64,000 bases of DNA from contig OY761611.1 of NCBI GenBank assembly GCA_963664875.1, positions 1,312,001-1,376,000 of the forward strand, read 5' to 3'. Position 1 is the first letter of the stretch. The number at the start of each line of letters is the position of its first letter. The DNA comes from Candidatus Kapaibacterium sp. Its GTDB lineage: Bacteria; Bacteroidota; Ignavibacteria; Kapaibacteriales; UBA2268. Shown piece by piece: positions 21,471 to 32,433 of the stretch. A model generated the notes under the pieces. The model saw only the letters and a program-made list of their open reading frames with translations. It was not told the DNA's origin and did no database searches. The translations under genes were made by a program, and so were the position numbers.

Positions 21471-23798
21471 CTACCCAACAATGATTTTTTTGCTGATATT
21501 TCTATTTCCAATATATAGATTTAGATAATAAATCCCACTTGTAATGGTTTCGTCAATTTGTAAATCGATTTTAGTTGATGTCACTTTCAGGTTCTCCCAG
21601 CTGTTAACTACTATTCCCAAGTAGTTACACATTGTTATTCTATCCACTGTTTTTATCTTATCAGACAAATCAAGTGTTAATTTACCATTTGCCACAGGCA
21701 CAGGATAAACTCTGATATCTTTTGAAGTATCTTCGAAATAGTTATATTCAGAAACAGAAGTATATTTAGCAATATCATATATTAACAGAGCCGGAGTTAT
21801 TTCTTTCACTGCAAGATATTTATTGTCTGTGGACATATCCGCTACACATATGGAGCCATTGAAATCATCTTGATATGGTATATAATTTTGTAAATCCATT
21901 ATAATGTTATCACTTAGCTTCTCAAGTATTTTAATCTGTCGATTACTACTATTCAAGAGTAAATAATTATTATCTTTTGAAGATAAAACAGAATTATAAT
22001 AATTAGGACTAGGTGTTATAAGTTGATTATTCTGCTTGTCATTTATACTTACCTTATATATATAATCATCATCTGCATAATATAAATATTGATCCGTTAG
22101 ACTATAAGTAAAAGGTAACATATTTATAGACTTGCTCTTTCCACATGAACGTAACTTATATTCGACATCGTCTCCCAATTCATATATATCATAGTACCAT
22201 TCTGATTTGTATTTCATAACTAATAATAATTCTGTATCTGAAATCATTTCTACATAGTTGAATATTTTATTTACATGAAGCAAATGCTCAACATCGTTCT
22301 TAATAGTTATTATTCTGATTGTAGAATCAGAAGCGGCTATGACTAATTTCGTACAATCCTGATTCATTTTAGTATAAGTAATAGATGAGTTGTTTTTGGT
22401 ACTGAATGATTTATAAAGAGTTAAATCATCAGAATTGTATAAATTGACTTTATTTGTGTCTTCTATCACTACAATATACTTATCATCATTGCTAATACTA
22501 ATTTTATCATAAATATTATTGTACTCTAGTTTGTTCCAGTTAAGATAATTGCAAATAGAATCTTTGTCTGTATCATATACAATTATTTGGTTATAATCCC
22601 TATAATCGTCATTATTAGTAATACCAAGAAGAATTTTTTGTGCATTATGATTAAAATATTTTAGAACCTCTATCTCTCCATAAGGTAATGATAAACATCT
22701 GGTTGTTTTGTTTTCTAAATCATATTCTTTAGCAATTATCGGAGTTAAATAAGTCATCTTATTAGCTCCAGTAAAAAAATACTTGAGTGGATTGTAATCT
22801 TCTGTCATTGATAAATCTAGAGAGAATACTTCAGTGGATTGCAAAGTTCCGTCTGTCAGAGAAATGATTCTAATTTTATTATTATCTGTTAGATACATAA
22901 GTTTCTTTTTATCAACACTTATACTAACACTAGTCTCATAATTCATATCGAGTGTCCTGGCTAAAAGCTTCATACTAGATGCATCAAACAATCCTACACC
23001 AATATCTGTACTAAATTCACTTTTTAGAATATTAGAAATTAGAATTCCCTTGTCAAGGTATATTATTTCAGAACTTGTCATTGGAACCACATCATGTGGC
23101 AAGATTTTCTCTTTAAGCAAATGCCCATCGGAATTCCAAAAGCATACTTTGTCAATATATTCTTGCTCTTTGTATCCAGAATGCAAAGAAATAAAGCCAT
23201 TCGTAGTGTTATCAATAGAGTATATTATATCATTCGTATATTCTTTTTTCCACAGTAACTTACCAGTACTAAATGAGTGACAATATATTGTTTTTGAATC
23301 TCTGTCCATATTACTTATTCTAGAAATAGTAATATATTTATCCTGATCTAGAAATTTAATTTGTTTCACACCTTGTTTGAAATCTTCTAAAAGTAATGGG
23401 TCTAAGAAATACTTCCCCTCTAAATCCCATTTTAACAGATAATCATTGCAATTAGAATCCCAAGCAAATATGCATAAGTATTTATTATTCAAGCTAAAAA
23501 AGATTGCATCTATACTGAATTCCAAATCTTTATAATTTAAATCGTATAATAAATAGTCAAATTTATTTTCCTCTAAGTTGTAAATATAAACAGTAGAGTA
23601 TAAACCATTATTTTTAAAAGCAGAGCCTATAAAAGCATATTTGTAATCACTACTGACTCCATAATTATGCGTATAGTAATATTCATATACTCTTTTATCG
23701 GGCTCAAAAATTGGTTTTACAAGTTTCAACTCTTGTGAAAATGATAACAGTGGAAAAAACACTGCCATTAAGATAATATTTGATATTCTGCGAATCAT
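21471..23798 (-). CDS. Beta-propeller (WD40-like) protein with T9SS C-terminal sorting domain
   Basis: Signal peptide, propeller-like repeats, C-terminal IRVYPVP...SGIYYL...KKIIVG; visibly more AT-rich than its neighbours. Confidence 0.75.
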   Translation of the reverse strand: MIRRISNIILMAVFFPLLSFSQELKLVKPIFEPDKRVYEYYYTHNYGVSSDYKYAFIGSAFKNNGLYSTVYIYNLEENKFDYLLYDLNYKDLEFSIDAIFFSLNNKYLCIFAWDSNCNDYLLKWDLEGKYFLDPLLLEDFKQGVKQIKFLDQDKYITISRISNMDRDSKTIYCHSFSTGKLLWKKEYTNDIIYSIDNTTNGFISLHSGYKEQEYIDKVCFWNSDGHLLKEKILPHDVVPMTSSEIIYLDKGILISNILKSEFSTDIGVGLFDASSMKLLARTLDMNYETSVSISVDKKKLMYLTDNNKIRIISLTDGTLQSTEVFSLDLSMTEDYNPLKYFFTGANKMTYLTPIIAKEYDLENKTTRCLSLPYGEIEVLKYFNHNAQKILLGITNNDDYRDYNQIIVYDTDKDSICNYLNWNKLEYNNIYDKISISNDDKYIVVIEDTNKVNLYNSDDLTLYKSFSTKNNSSITYTKMNQDCTKLVIAASDSTIRIITIKNDVEHLLHVNKIFNYVEMISDTELLLVMKYKSEWYYDIYELGDDVEYKLRSCGKSKSINMLPFTYSLTDQYLYYADDDYIYKVSINDKQNNQLITPSPNYYNSVLSSKDNNYLLLNSSNRQIKILEKLSDNIIMDLQNYIPYQDDFNGSICVADMSTDNKYLAVKEITPALLIYDIAKYTSVSEYNYFEDTSKDIRVYPVPVANGKLTLDLSDKIKTVDRITMCNYLGIVVNSWENLKVTSTKIDLQIDETITSGIYYLNLYIGNRNISKKIIVG

Positions 23799-23909
23799 TT
23801 AATTATATCCAAAATGTATATACTTTGATATTTTATAGAGTTACTTTATGTACAATACAAATATACTAAAGATTTATACAATCAGGTTAGTTTCTTAATT
23901 TTAAGATAT

Positions 23910-24000
23910 CTCCCTTACTCAAACCCCCTCAACCGCATAATAGTTATGCTCCATCTCAATCTCTTTGAACTTCAAGCCCAGTTTTTTGAATACCACTTTT
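23910..24000 (-). repeat. Inverted copy of the CPBP-gene 3' end (copy 3)
   Basis: Reverse complement matches 30317-30407 at 84/91 nt by manual count. Confidence 0.9.
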
Positions 24001-24179
24001 ACTGTGAGTGTGCCTCAGTTGCTTAAAAAAAATGCAAATTGTATCTCGCGATATATGAAATACCTAATTCAAAAGCCCGCTTTACTTTTTGCAACTTTAT
24101 TTTGTATAATTGTGAGACCTATTTCTTAATTTTGTGTCTCTTTCTTTATATGCTTTTAACAAAATTGATTCGGTGTTTT

Positions 24180-27100
24180 ATGAAATATCTTTTTACTTTT
24201 TTGTTTATGTTTTCTCTTACTCTTACCTACTCCTCTGAAATAGTTATTAATGAGGTGTCTTCCATCAATAGCAGTGCGTGGGTGGACGAAAATTACGAGG
24301 CACCGGACTGGATAGAGCTTAAGAATATCAGCTCGAAAGCTATTAACCTAAATGGATATCGTATCTCAGACAAAGATAACTTTTCTAAAGCTTGGGTACT
24401 GCCGGATACTTCGCTCCTTCCCGGAGAGCTGTTGGTAATTTCTGCTTCAGATGCCGCCACTAATTCATCAGGCAAATATGTTGTAGAAACGGATGGTATT
24501 GGCATTGTGCCGGGAAATGACGAAGATGGCTTTACTTATTATTATATGCCTGTTTCGGGGGACTTTGTTGCCGAGTTTGACTTTTCTTCTATGCGAAATG
24601 TCGGTACATTTGGAGCTGCCGGTATTACTTTCAAAGAAGAACTTACCGAAGAATCAAAATATTTTGGTGTTTACAATCTGAGAGAGGATAGGACTACCTA
24701 TGGCTTGATGAGAAGAACTCAGATAGAAAAGGGAACTGAAGTGGATTACTCTTATCATCATAGCGTCAATCCATGGGGTAGAGTCAGATTAGAACGTAAA
24801 GGCAACACTATTATCGGTTATGATATCGAAAACGGGTTTGAATGGAAAGAATTTGCAAGATTTGAAGCTAATTTCAATAATTCAGGTTACATAGGATTAG
24901 GCTTTTCTTCTGCGAAATACGACCGTGTAGGGAAATTTACATTCTCTTATTTGAAGATAAACGATGAAATGATAAATATTGAAAAGCTTAGTAAAATTGA
25001 TATCAACATCAACAAGCCTTCAAAAATGTATATATCCAATGAAATACATACCAATTTCAAACTATCAAGAAGCGGCGAGACTCTGACTTTATGGGATGTG
25101 GATGGCGAAATAGAGCATCAGCTCGTAGTGCCTGCTCAAAATGTCGATATATCTTACGTCAGAAATGAAAATGGAGAAATGTTACTGTCTTATCCTGCTA
25201 CTCCGGGTTTTGAGAATAATAATTTTTATTCCGGTAGATGCCAATTGCCAACGGCTTCTCCCGATGGTGGCTTTTTCGAGTCAATGGTCGCAGTAACTTT
25301 GGACAAAAACGACGGTGACGTTATTTACTACACTCTTGATGGTAGTGAGCCAACAGAAAATTCAAAAAAATATACCTTGCCTTTTGCAATTGAAAGGACT
25401 GCAGTGCTTAGAGCAAAGACCTTTTCTTCTAAGAATCTACCAAGCAAAACTTTAACTCGAACATTTTTTATTGGGTCTGAGTATTCGCTACCTTGCATAT
25501 CTATAGCAACTGATTCATTAAATTTATGGCACAAAGATACCGGTCTTTTTATAGATAAAAATATTTATTGGGAAAATGACAAACCCGGTCATTTTGAAAT
25601 TTGGTCTCCTGAAGGTAAGCTCGAGATGCATTCTGACGGCACAATGAGATTACACGGACAAAAGTCCAGAACATTTGCTCAGAAGTCTTTGCGGTTTCAT
25701 GCAAATGCAATATCTGACAGTACCGAATATACCCACCCTTTCTTCGGCAATGAGTCCTACGAAAGCTATGAAAAAATTCTATTTAGAAACGGTGGCACCG
25801 GCTGGTGGAGCGCTATACTAACCGACGGATTTGTTGCTACCATTCTAAAAGATATACCTTCTGTGATAGTTGGTAACTATAGAGCCGGAGTTTCATATCT
25901 GAATGGAAAATACTACGGTATTATGAATATACGAGAAAAAGTTGACGAGGACTTGATAGCTCAGAAATATGGAATATCTGCAGAATCCATCAATTTTGTC
26001 GAAGACGAATTTGGTGCCGGAAATGGAGTTGCAACCGACTTTTTTAATGACTACACAGCCATTATGAATATGGACATGACAGAAGAAAATGCCTTCAAAT
26101 TTGTTTCCGAAAACTTTGATCTCGATAATTTATATGACTATTTATCTTCTCAAATTTTTATTTGCAACATCGATTGGCCTTGGAAAAATGTAAAATACTG
26201 GTCAAGTAGCGAGCTTGACAGTAAATGGAGATTCATTCCTCACGACATGGATTATTCTTTTGGGTGCTCTGCTGCCTTTTGGGAATTTGACATTTTTACT
26301 TTGCTGGAAGAAGATAAGATGTTTCCCAATTTTTTCACTAAGCTATGGGAAAACACTCGCTTAAAAGAGGAGTTTATCAACCGACTTTGCGATTTGATGA
26401 ATTCAAAATTCTTAGAAGAAAATACGCGTCCCCTGCTGGATACATTTGCAAAACAAATAGAGCCTTACATCTCTTTACAGCAAACAACTTATTCTGAATC
26501 TGCAAAAGAATGGCATTACTCTATGGATAAAATGAGAGCATTTGCTGAGAGAAGAGCCTACAGATTGAAAGAACACATGACTGCATATTTTAACTGTGGT
26601 GATTCTGCATTGGTAAATGTAAGCGTAAACAACAATGCTGCCGGCTATGTCAGATTGAATTCCCTCATTATTAACTCTTTCCCATGGGATGGATTTTATT
26701 TTCAAGATGTTCCTATTACGATAGAAGCAGTAGCCAATCCGGGAAGTCGGTTTGTGCGGTGGAGCGACCCGCAATACGGTACAAACCCAAAAATTAGCTT
26801 CAAACCATCAGCGGTAAATAATCTTGTTGCCATTTTTGACGATGACTCCGAATCGTTTGATATAGTTATAAATGAGATAATGTATAAAGCCGCCGAGTCT
26901 GAAGATACAGGAGACTGGATTGAGCTTTACAATCCTTCGCCTGAAAGTAAAGACCTTTCGTTTTGGGTATTGAAAGATTCCTCTCCTGACAATGTTTTTA
27001 CATTCCCTCAGGGTACGGTCATTGAAGCGGAATCTTATTTGGTAATCACAAGGAAAGGTAAAGACTTTGAGAAATACCACCCGGATGTTGATTACATTGA

Positions 27101-27581
27101 TGAACTTGGTTTTGGATTGAGTGAAGAAGATGCTGTAAAATTGTATAATCACGCAGATGAATTGATTGATTCTGTTCAATACACCGCCAAAAATCCGTGG
27201 CCTTCAAGCTCGAACGGAACAGGCTTGTCAATAGAACTCAAAAATGCAAAATTAGACAACAGCTTAGGGCAGAACTGGTACGCCTCACTCATAGTCAGAG
27301 GAACTCCGGGAAAGAAAAATTCTGTTGATACTGCTGTACCTTCACCTGAAAAATTACAAATAGAAGTTTTTCCAAACCCAACGAGCTCATATTTATTTAT
27401 CAGAACTGACTACCAAGAATTTGAATATAAGATTGTAGATGCTCTCGGATCAGTCAAATCAGTTGGGAAAGCTAACTATACAGTTGCTTTATCTTGTCTT
27501 GACTTACCAAATGGCAGGTACTTAATTGAAATTTTAATGCAGGATAAAACAGAAACAATTCCGTTTCTAATTGTCAGATAA
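24180..27581 (+). CDS. CotH kinase family protein with lamin-tail domains, FN3/CHB_HEX-like domain and T9SS CTD
   Basis: IVINE...DWIEL (LTD, twice), IYYTLDGSEPT, NIDWPWKN and HDMDYSF (CotH), VFPNP CTD. The signal-peptide start is the ATG at 24180. Confidence 0.88.
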   Translation: MKYLFTFLFMFSLTLTYSSEIVINEVSSINSSAWVDENYEAPDWIELKNISSKAINLNGYRISDKDNFSKAWVLPDTSLLPGELLVISASDAATNSSGKYVVETDGIGIVPGNDEDGFTYYYMPVSGDFVAEFDFSSMRNVGTFGAAGITFKEELTEESKYFGVYNLREDRTTYGLMRRTQIEKGTEVDYSYHHSVNPWGRVRLERKGNTIIGYDIENGFEWKEFARFEANFNNSGYIGLGFSSAKYDRVGKFTFSYLKINDEMINIEKLSKIDININKPSKMYISNEIHTNFKLSRSGETLTLWDVDGEIEHQLVVPAQNVDISYVRNENGEMLLSYPATPGFENNNFYSGRCQLPTASPDGGFFESMVAVTLDKNDGDVIYYTLDGSEPTENSKKYTLPFAIERTAVLRAKTFSSKNLPSKTLTRTFFIGSEYSLPCISIATDSLNLWHKDTGLFIDKNIYWENDKPGHFEIWSPEGKLEMHSDGTMRLHGQKSRTFAQKSLRFHANAISDSTEYTHPFFGNESYESYEKILFRNGGTGWWSAILTDGFVATILKDIPSVIVGNYRAGVSYLNGKYYGIMNIREKVDEDLIAQKYGISAESINFVEDEFGAGNGVATDFFNDYTAIMNMDMTEENAFKFVSENFDLDNLYDYLSSQIFICNIDWPWKNVKYWSSSELDSKWRFIPHDMDYSFGCSAAFWEFDIFTLLEEDKMFPNFFTKLWENTRLKEEFINRLCDLMNSKFLEENTRPLLDTFAKQIEPYISLQQTTYSESAKEWHYSMDKMRAFAERRAYRLKEHMTAYFNCGDSALVNVSVNNNAAGYVRLNSLIINSFPWDGFYFQDVPITIEAVANPGSRFVRWSDPQYGTNPKISFKPSAVNNLVAIFDDDSESFDIVINEIMYKAAESEDTGDWIELYNPSPESKDLSFWVLKDSSPDNVFTFPQGTVIEAESYLVITRKGKDFEKYHPDVDYIDELGFGLSEEDAVKLYNHADELIDSVQYTAKNPWPSSSNGTGLSIELKNAKLDNSLGQNWYASLIVRGTPGKKNSVDTAVPSPEKLQIEVFPNPTSSYLFIRTDYQEFEYKIVDALGSVKSVGKANYTVALSCLDLPNGRYLIEILMQDKTETIPFLIVR

Positions 27582-27607
27582 AAACAAAGATATTTGATGC
27601 AGACCCA

Positions 27608-28867
27608 TTAATCCAAAGGGTCTGCATCTTCAAATTTATAGATAATGTCGTTCCTGCGTACTTTATCCGGCACCTTAATTGCAAAAATATTACCTTTTTC
27701 AGCTTTGGCAACTCCACCACTATCCAGATGAATCTCGCTTACAACTGTTTTGATTGTGCCGGTAGTCGGACCTATAATTATAACTTCATCTCCTATATTT
27801 AGCTCGCCTGCCTGCAATAAAAATTCAGCTACTCCCAAATTGCTGAAATAATTTGTGCATTTTCCGAGATGAGCTTTTTTCTTAGTTGCCTGCGAACCGT
27901 AGATTTTACTCCATTCACCCATCTTTCTGCCAAGATAGTAACCATCCCAAAAACCTCTGTTAAATACAGTTTTGAGCTGTTCTTCCTGCTGTTTTATAAA
28001 CTCCGGAGTATAGCTGCCCTCGAGAATTGCATTGAGAGCAGAATTGTAAGCTCTTGTTACTGTATCGACATATTCAGGAGATCTGCCTCTGCCTTCAATT
28101 TTGAGGACTCTTGCTCCTGACAAAAGAATCTTATCCAAAAATCCGATAGTGCATAAATCTTTTGGAGACATTATGTATTCATTGTCAATCTCAAGCTGGT
28201 AGCCGCTTTCCTGTTCGGTAACTGTATAAGCTTTGCGACAAGTCTGCAGGCATGCACCTCTGTTTGCAGAAGCGTTTTGCTCGTGCAGGCTTAAATAACA
28301 TTTCCCTGAAACAGCCATACACAAGGCACCATGCACAAACATTTCAATCTTTACCGGCTTGCCGGATGGCCCGCAGATATTCTCTTCTGCGATTGCTCGG
28401 GTAATTTCTCTAACCTGCTTCAGATTAAGTTCGCGAGCGAGCACAATCACGTCAGCAAAGTTTGCATAAAACTTTACAGCTTCGATGTTGCTCACATTGC
28501 ACTGAGTAGAAAGGTGTAGCTCTACGCCTGCTGCATGAGTAGCATTTATCACAGCCATGTCAGCTGCTATAATAGCCGAAATTCCGCTTTCTTTTGCCAT
28601 AGCAACTACATCTTTCACAGAAGCTACGTTTTTATCATAAATCACTGTATTTACAGTAAGATAAGACTTTACATTGTTGTCGTTGCAAATCTGAGCAATC
28701 TCTTTCAAATCAGTCAACGAGAAGTTGATGCTTGATTTTGCACGCATATTGAGATGCCCTGCACCAAAATAAACCGAGTCCGCCCCTGCATTAATAGCAG
28801 AATGCAGCGCAGCAAAGGAGCCGGCAGGTGCCATAATCTCTATATCTTTTCTATTTATATCCATCAA
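27608..28867 (-). CDS. Peptidase U32 family protein (TrhP-like tRNA hydroxylation factor)
   Basis: APAGS, GADSVY, Fe-S motif HGALCMAVSGKC...NRGACLQTCR, KIEGR. Confidence 0.88.
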   Translation of the reverse strand: MMDINRKDIEIMAPAGSFAALHSAINAGADSVYFGAGHLNMRAKSSINFSLTDLKEIAQICNDNNVKSYLTVNTVIYDKNVASVKDVVAMAKESGISAIIAADMAVINATHAAGVELHLSTQCNVSNIEAVKFYANFADVIVLARELNLKQVREITRAIAEENICGPSGKPVKIEMFVHGALCMAVSGKCYLSLHEQNASANRGACLQTCRKAYTVTEQESGYQLEIDNEYIMSPKDLCTIGFLDKILLSGARVLKIEGRGRSPEYVDTVTRAYNSALNAILEGSYTPEFIKQQEEQLKTVFNRGFWDGYYLGRKMGEWSKIYGSQATKKKAHLGKCTNYFSNLGVAEFLLQAGELNIGDEVIIIGPTTGTIKTVVSEIHLDSGGVAKAEKGNIFAIKVPDKVRRNDIIYKFEDADPLD

Positions 28868-29081
28868 TATTTACCAAGTATATAAGATAAAATCTTACAA
28901 AAATAATGCTTTTATCCCTTATTTCCTAAGGAGTTGTGAGACTTGACGTGCAATTCTCGGAAATTATAGCTTTAAATATAAAATATTTTTATATATTACA
29001 ATGTATTAAATATGTACTATGATATAATAATTGAAATATTCAGTGTTATTATTGCAATAATATTAAATCTTCGAGGCTAAT

Positions 29082-30398
29082 ATGTCAAATTTCAAAGCTA
29101 TTCAAACAGAATTAATCGAATTTTATAAAGCACCGAAAGAAATTGATCAATCAGATGAAGGTTTCGGTACAAAACTAAACTTTTGGTTCAAGATACTTAC
29201 TATAGACTTTCTTTTCTCTTTTGTGATAACTGTTGTCATGTCAATTGTTTCTGAACTTGGGCTGTTTGACGCAGAAAATCATGAAGTAATGGAAATGATG
29301 AAAAGCATGACTCCTATAGGATTTATGTTTACAGCAGTAATATTGTTGCCATTTATTGAGGAAGTGATATTCCGTTTGCCGCTGAGATACAAATCGAATA
29401 TTATTCTCAGAGGAGTAGAGTGGTTTTCTGTCATCTTTGGTAAAAAGGTAAAAATAGAAGTGAGAAGTGCATTCGAGTCGATTTATGCAAAATACTTTAA
29501 GATACTTTTCTACACATTTGCTATATTCTTTGCACTATTGCATATTATGAATTACCAATTTTCATTGAGCGTGCTATTGCTTTTTCCACTGCTGATTTTG
29601 CCGCAGCTTTTGTTTGGAATGTTTGGTGGCTTTGTTCGATTGAAACTTGGATTTTTTTGGGGAGCCTGTCTGCATTTTGCTCATAATCTGATTTTTCTTT
29701 CCGTGCCTTTGATAATGATGATGAGTGACAAGGAAGGCATTTTCGAAAATGATGATTTCCAAACTTTTCATCATTCAACTGAGAATGTTAGCATACAAAT
29801 TGAAGAAACCGGTATTGGATTTTTCGGGAACAAACATGCCCAATTTTCAGCTGATTCACTTAGTTTCGAGGCCTACGGCATGAATGATATTATTAGTATG
29901 CTTTTGGATGTAAATCAAGAACTTATAAAGTTTGAGGGAGCCCCTTACTCGCAAAATCTTCGTTTGGACTGCAAAGCTAAAGTTCTGAAAGATTCTGTAG
30001 ATATAAACAAGGAATTACTTGCCCTACTTCAATCGCATTATCGTTTCAAAATCAGTCAGAAAACATCAGTGAAAAAAGGTCTGGAATTATATGTTGCGGA
30101 TACAGTCAAATTCACACAAAATACAAAAGCAGAAATCAACGATGATTACAGTACACATGCTTACACTTCTTTCAATAAAATAACTATGAGCAATGTAAAT
30201 ATTAAAGACCTTGCAGAATCTCTAAGCACAAACCTGAATCTACCGGTTAGCTTCAAAGGAAGGAGCAAGCGAAGAATAGACATCAGCTACAAGACCGGAA
30301 GCACTGATGAAATTAAAAAAGTGCTATTCGAAAAACTGGGCTTGAAGTTCAAAGAGATTGAATTGGAGCATAGCTATTATACAGTTGAGGGGGTTTGA
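29082..30398 (+). CDS. CPBP (CAAX/Abi) intramembrane metalloprotease with soluble C-terminal extension
   Basis: EEVIFR, FALLH and HFAHN motifs within TM segments. Confidence 0.85.
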   Translation: MSNFKAIQTELIEFYKAPKEIDQSDEGFGTKLNFWFKILTIDFLFSFVITVVMSIVSELGLFDAENHEVMEMMKSMTPIGFMFTAVILLPFIEEVIFRLPLRYKSNIILRGVEWFSVIFGKKVKIEVRSAFESIYAKYFKILFYTFAIFFALLHIMNYQFSLSVLLLFPLLILPQLLFGMFGGFVRLKLGFFWGACLHFAHNLIFLSVPLIMMMSDKEGIFENDDFQTFHHSTENVSIQIEETGIGFFGNKHAQFSADSLSFEAYGMNDIISMLLDVNQELIKFEGAPYSQNLRLDCKAKVLKDSVDINKELLALLQSHYRFKISQKTSVKKGLELYVADTVKFTQNTKAEINDDYSTHAYTSFNKITMSNVNIKDLAESLSTNLNLPVSFKGRSKRRIDISYKTGSTDEIKKVLFEKLGLKFKEIELEHSYYTVEGV

Positions 30399-30407
30399 GT
30401 AAGGGAG
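30317..30407 (+). repeat. CPBP-gene 3' end (copy 1 of a three-copy repeat)
   Basis: Also present at 31400-31474 (direct) and 23910-24000 (inverted). Confidence 0.9.
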
Positions 30408-30474
30408 TAAGTTTTTTTAAAATATTAATTTTATTGTCTATAATCATAATCTCGCAACACAAAGGAAACACACT

Positions 30475-31344
30475 ATGCAACTTAACAATAACAATTACTT
30501 ATTTCATTATACAACACTTAATAATTTGGAAAAGATTTTGGAAAATGGACTACGATTTAATTCTATCTGCAAACAGGCAGACTATCATGAGGGAAAATAT
30601 AAGTTTGGGAATGTCACCCGAGGTTATTGGCATGATCCTAAAAAAGATGAAACAGAACAATTAAAGGAAAATTTTAGTATACCATTTGAACAGTTGCAAA
30701 TTATATCATTAATACAGAATGGTATTCCAAAAATAGAAATAGAGGAAGACGACTACGATAATACTTTATCAAATCATTTTGACGATTTGTCAGATTGTCA
30801 AAAGAATCACACAAGGAATATAAAAGACATTATTGATGATATAAACGAACAATTCATATTTGAAAGCAAAGGTTATTATAATAACTATATGTGGGAAAGA
30901 TATGGAGATAAACATAATGGAATCTGTTTAATTCTCGATAAAAAAAAGCTTTTTGATGAGATTCTCAAAAAATATGGATATTTTGCTAAGCACAATAAAG
31001 TAGAATATAAATCAAATGAGATATCAGAACACAACAATGCTACAAACAACGAAAATATTCATCTTTTTCAAAAAGACTTAACATATAGCCATGAAAACGA
31101 ATACCGTATTTTATTACGGAAACAACTAGATGAAAAAAATAGAGATTATATTGGAAAAAACGCCATAGAGGGTGTTATCGTAGGGATACAGCTTGAAAAT
31201 GAAATCAAAATGTATAACAACAGCATTATTAGTGGTAATAGTAAGATAGAGAAATACAATAATTTGAAAAATAAAATCAATTTTTACTGTCTTCAAAGAG
31301 ATAATCCTAGAGGGACTCTGGATCAAGATGTTTTTCCAATTTGA
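30475..31344 (+). CDS. DUF2971-like protein
   Basis: LFHYT, MWERYGDKHNGICL and K...HENEYR motifs; AT-rich. Confidence 0.75.
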   Translation: MQLNNNNYLFHYTTLNNLEKILENGLRFNSICKQADYHEGKYKFGNVTRGYWHDPKKDETEQLKENFSIPFEQLQIISLIQNGIPKIEIEEDDYDNTLSNHFDDLSDCQKNHTRNIKDIIDDINEQFIFESKGYYNNYMWERYGDKHNGICLILDKKKLFDEILKKYGYFAKHNKVEYKSNEISEHNNATNNENIHLFQKDLTYSHENEYRILLRKQLDEKNRDYIGKNAIEGVIVGIQLENEIKMYNNSIISGNSKIEKYNNLKNKINFYCLQRDNPRGTLDQDVFPI

Positions 31345-31399
31345 AACAGAAAAAAAGATAAAAGAGTTTATATCCCTCCAACACAAAAATATATTGTCT

Positions 31400-31474
31400 A
31401 AAACTGGGCTTGAAGTTTAAAGAGATTGAACTGGAGCATAGCCATTATGCAGTTGAGGGAGTTTGAGTATGGGA
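31400..31474 (+). repeat. Direct copy of the CPBP-gene 3' end (copy 2)
   Basis: 69/75 nt match to 30332-30406; still reads KLGLKFKEIELEHSHYAVEGV*. Confidence 0.9.
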
Positions 31475-31572
31475 TAGATCCTAAAATTCGAGACTGTAAA
31501 CCAATCTCTGTCTGTACTATTTTTTATAGAAGAAAATTCTGGTTGTGATTGTTAAAAATCAACTTTAGTTCC

Positions 31573-31600
31573 GGCTGACTCTGAGCATACTGAGTCAGCC
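31573..31600. terminator. Hairpin between convergent genes
   Basis: GGCTGACTC...GAGTCAGCC. Confidence 0.55.
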
Positions 31601-31644
31601 CAGTTAAAAAAAAACATCCACATTGATACTGATTTATTCACATT

Positions 31645-32433
31645 CTACTCCTTTATAAACTTAATTCTTTTGTTGTTTATTTGAATGTAATATACTCCCA
31701 TTTGATAATTAGATATATCAACAGACCCAGTGAATTCTCCTGATGTTAGTCTATTGCCCAATATGTCAAATATCTCATATTTTTGACTATTACAAATTCC
31801 TGCTATCGTAATAATCTCAGTTGCGGGGTTAGGATAAATAGTTATCTCGCTATTCTGTTCATCATTTTCTGTAACGGAGACTGCAACGCCTGCTCTGGAA
31901 GCGTAAGCAATACTTTTTGATTCAACATATCCTTCGAAAATTGCAAAAAGGAGTTGTTTCGCTTCTTTTATTGGCACATAATTATCGAAAACGATAGCGA
32001 AACAAGGTCTTATCATATGTTCAGACTCTGCTTGACCACCAAGAACTTCTCCATAACTAGGACGTATGATTGAAAACTTAAAATCAGGATCAATTTGACT
32101 GTACTTTTGTTTTGCATTGTCATAGCTACTTGTCATGTCATTGACTGAATATGGTGTGTTCAAAGTAATCAAATTTCCGAAAGGGTAGCCATCCGAGGCA
32201 ACTGTCTCTAAGTGAAATTCAAAATACTTGTATGCATAAGCGACTCCGAAATTTGCAGATCCATAACAAGAATCTACTAAAACTGAATCAGGGTTAGAAT
32301 AAAAATCTGACCCACCTTCTCCTGGTTCTTCATCAGGACAAATCATCTTAAAACAAGAATCCGGTGGCATTTGAGCAATACTGCCCAAAGAGCTTAGCAC
32401 TATTGCAAGTGCAAAAATTAGGAAATGTTTCAT
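31645..32433 (-). CDS. Small secreted protein with T9SS CTD
   Basis: Signal peptide; ITIYPNPATE...GVYYIQI...KFIKE. Confidence 0.8.
   Translation of the reverse strand: MKHFLIFALAIVLSSLGSIAQMPPDSCFKMICPDEEPGEGGSDFYSNPDSVLVDSCYGSANFGVAYAYKYFEFHLETVASDGYPFGNLITLNTPYSVNDMTSSYDNAKQKYSQIDPDFKFSIIRPSYGEVLGGQAESEHMIRPCFAIVFDNYVPIKEAKQLLFAIFEGYVESKSIAYASRAGVAVSVTENDEQNSEITIYPNPATEIITIAGICNSQKYEIFDILGNRLTSGEFTGSVDISNYQMGVYYIQINNKRIKFIKE

Noticed and set aside
23910-31474. CPBP 3'-end copies as DGR template/variable repeats or integron attC sites
   Set aside because: The differences are not adenine-specific, no reverse transcriptase is in the window, and the copies lack attC-type internal palindromy.
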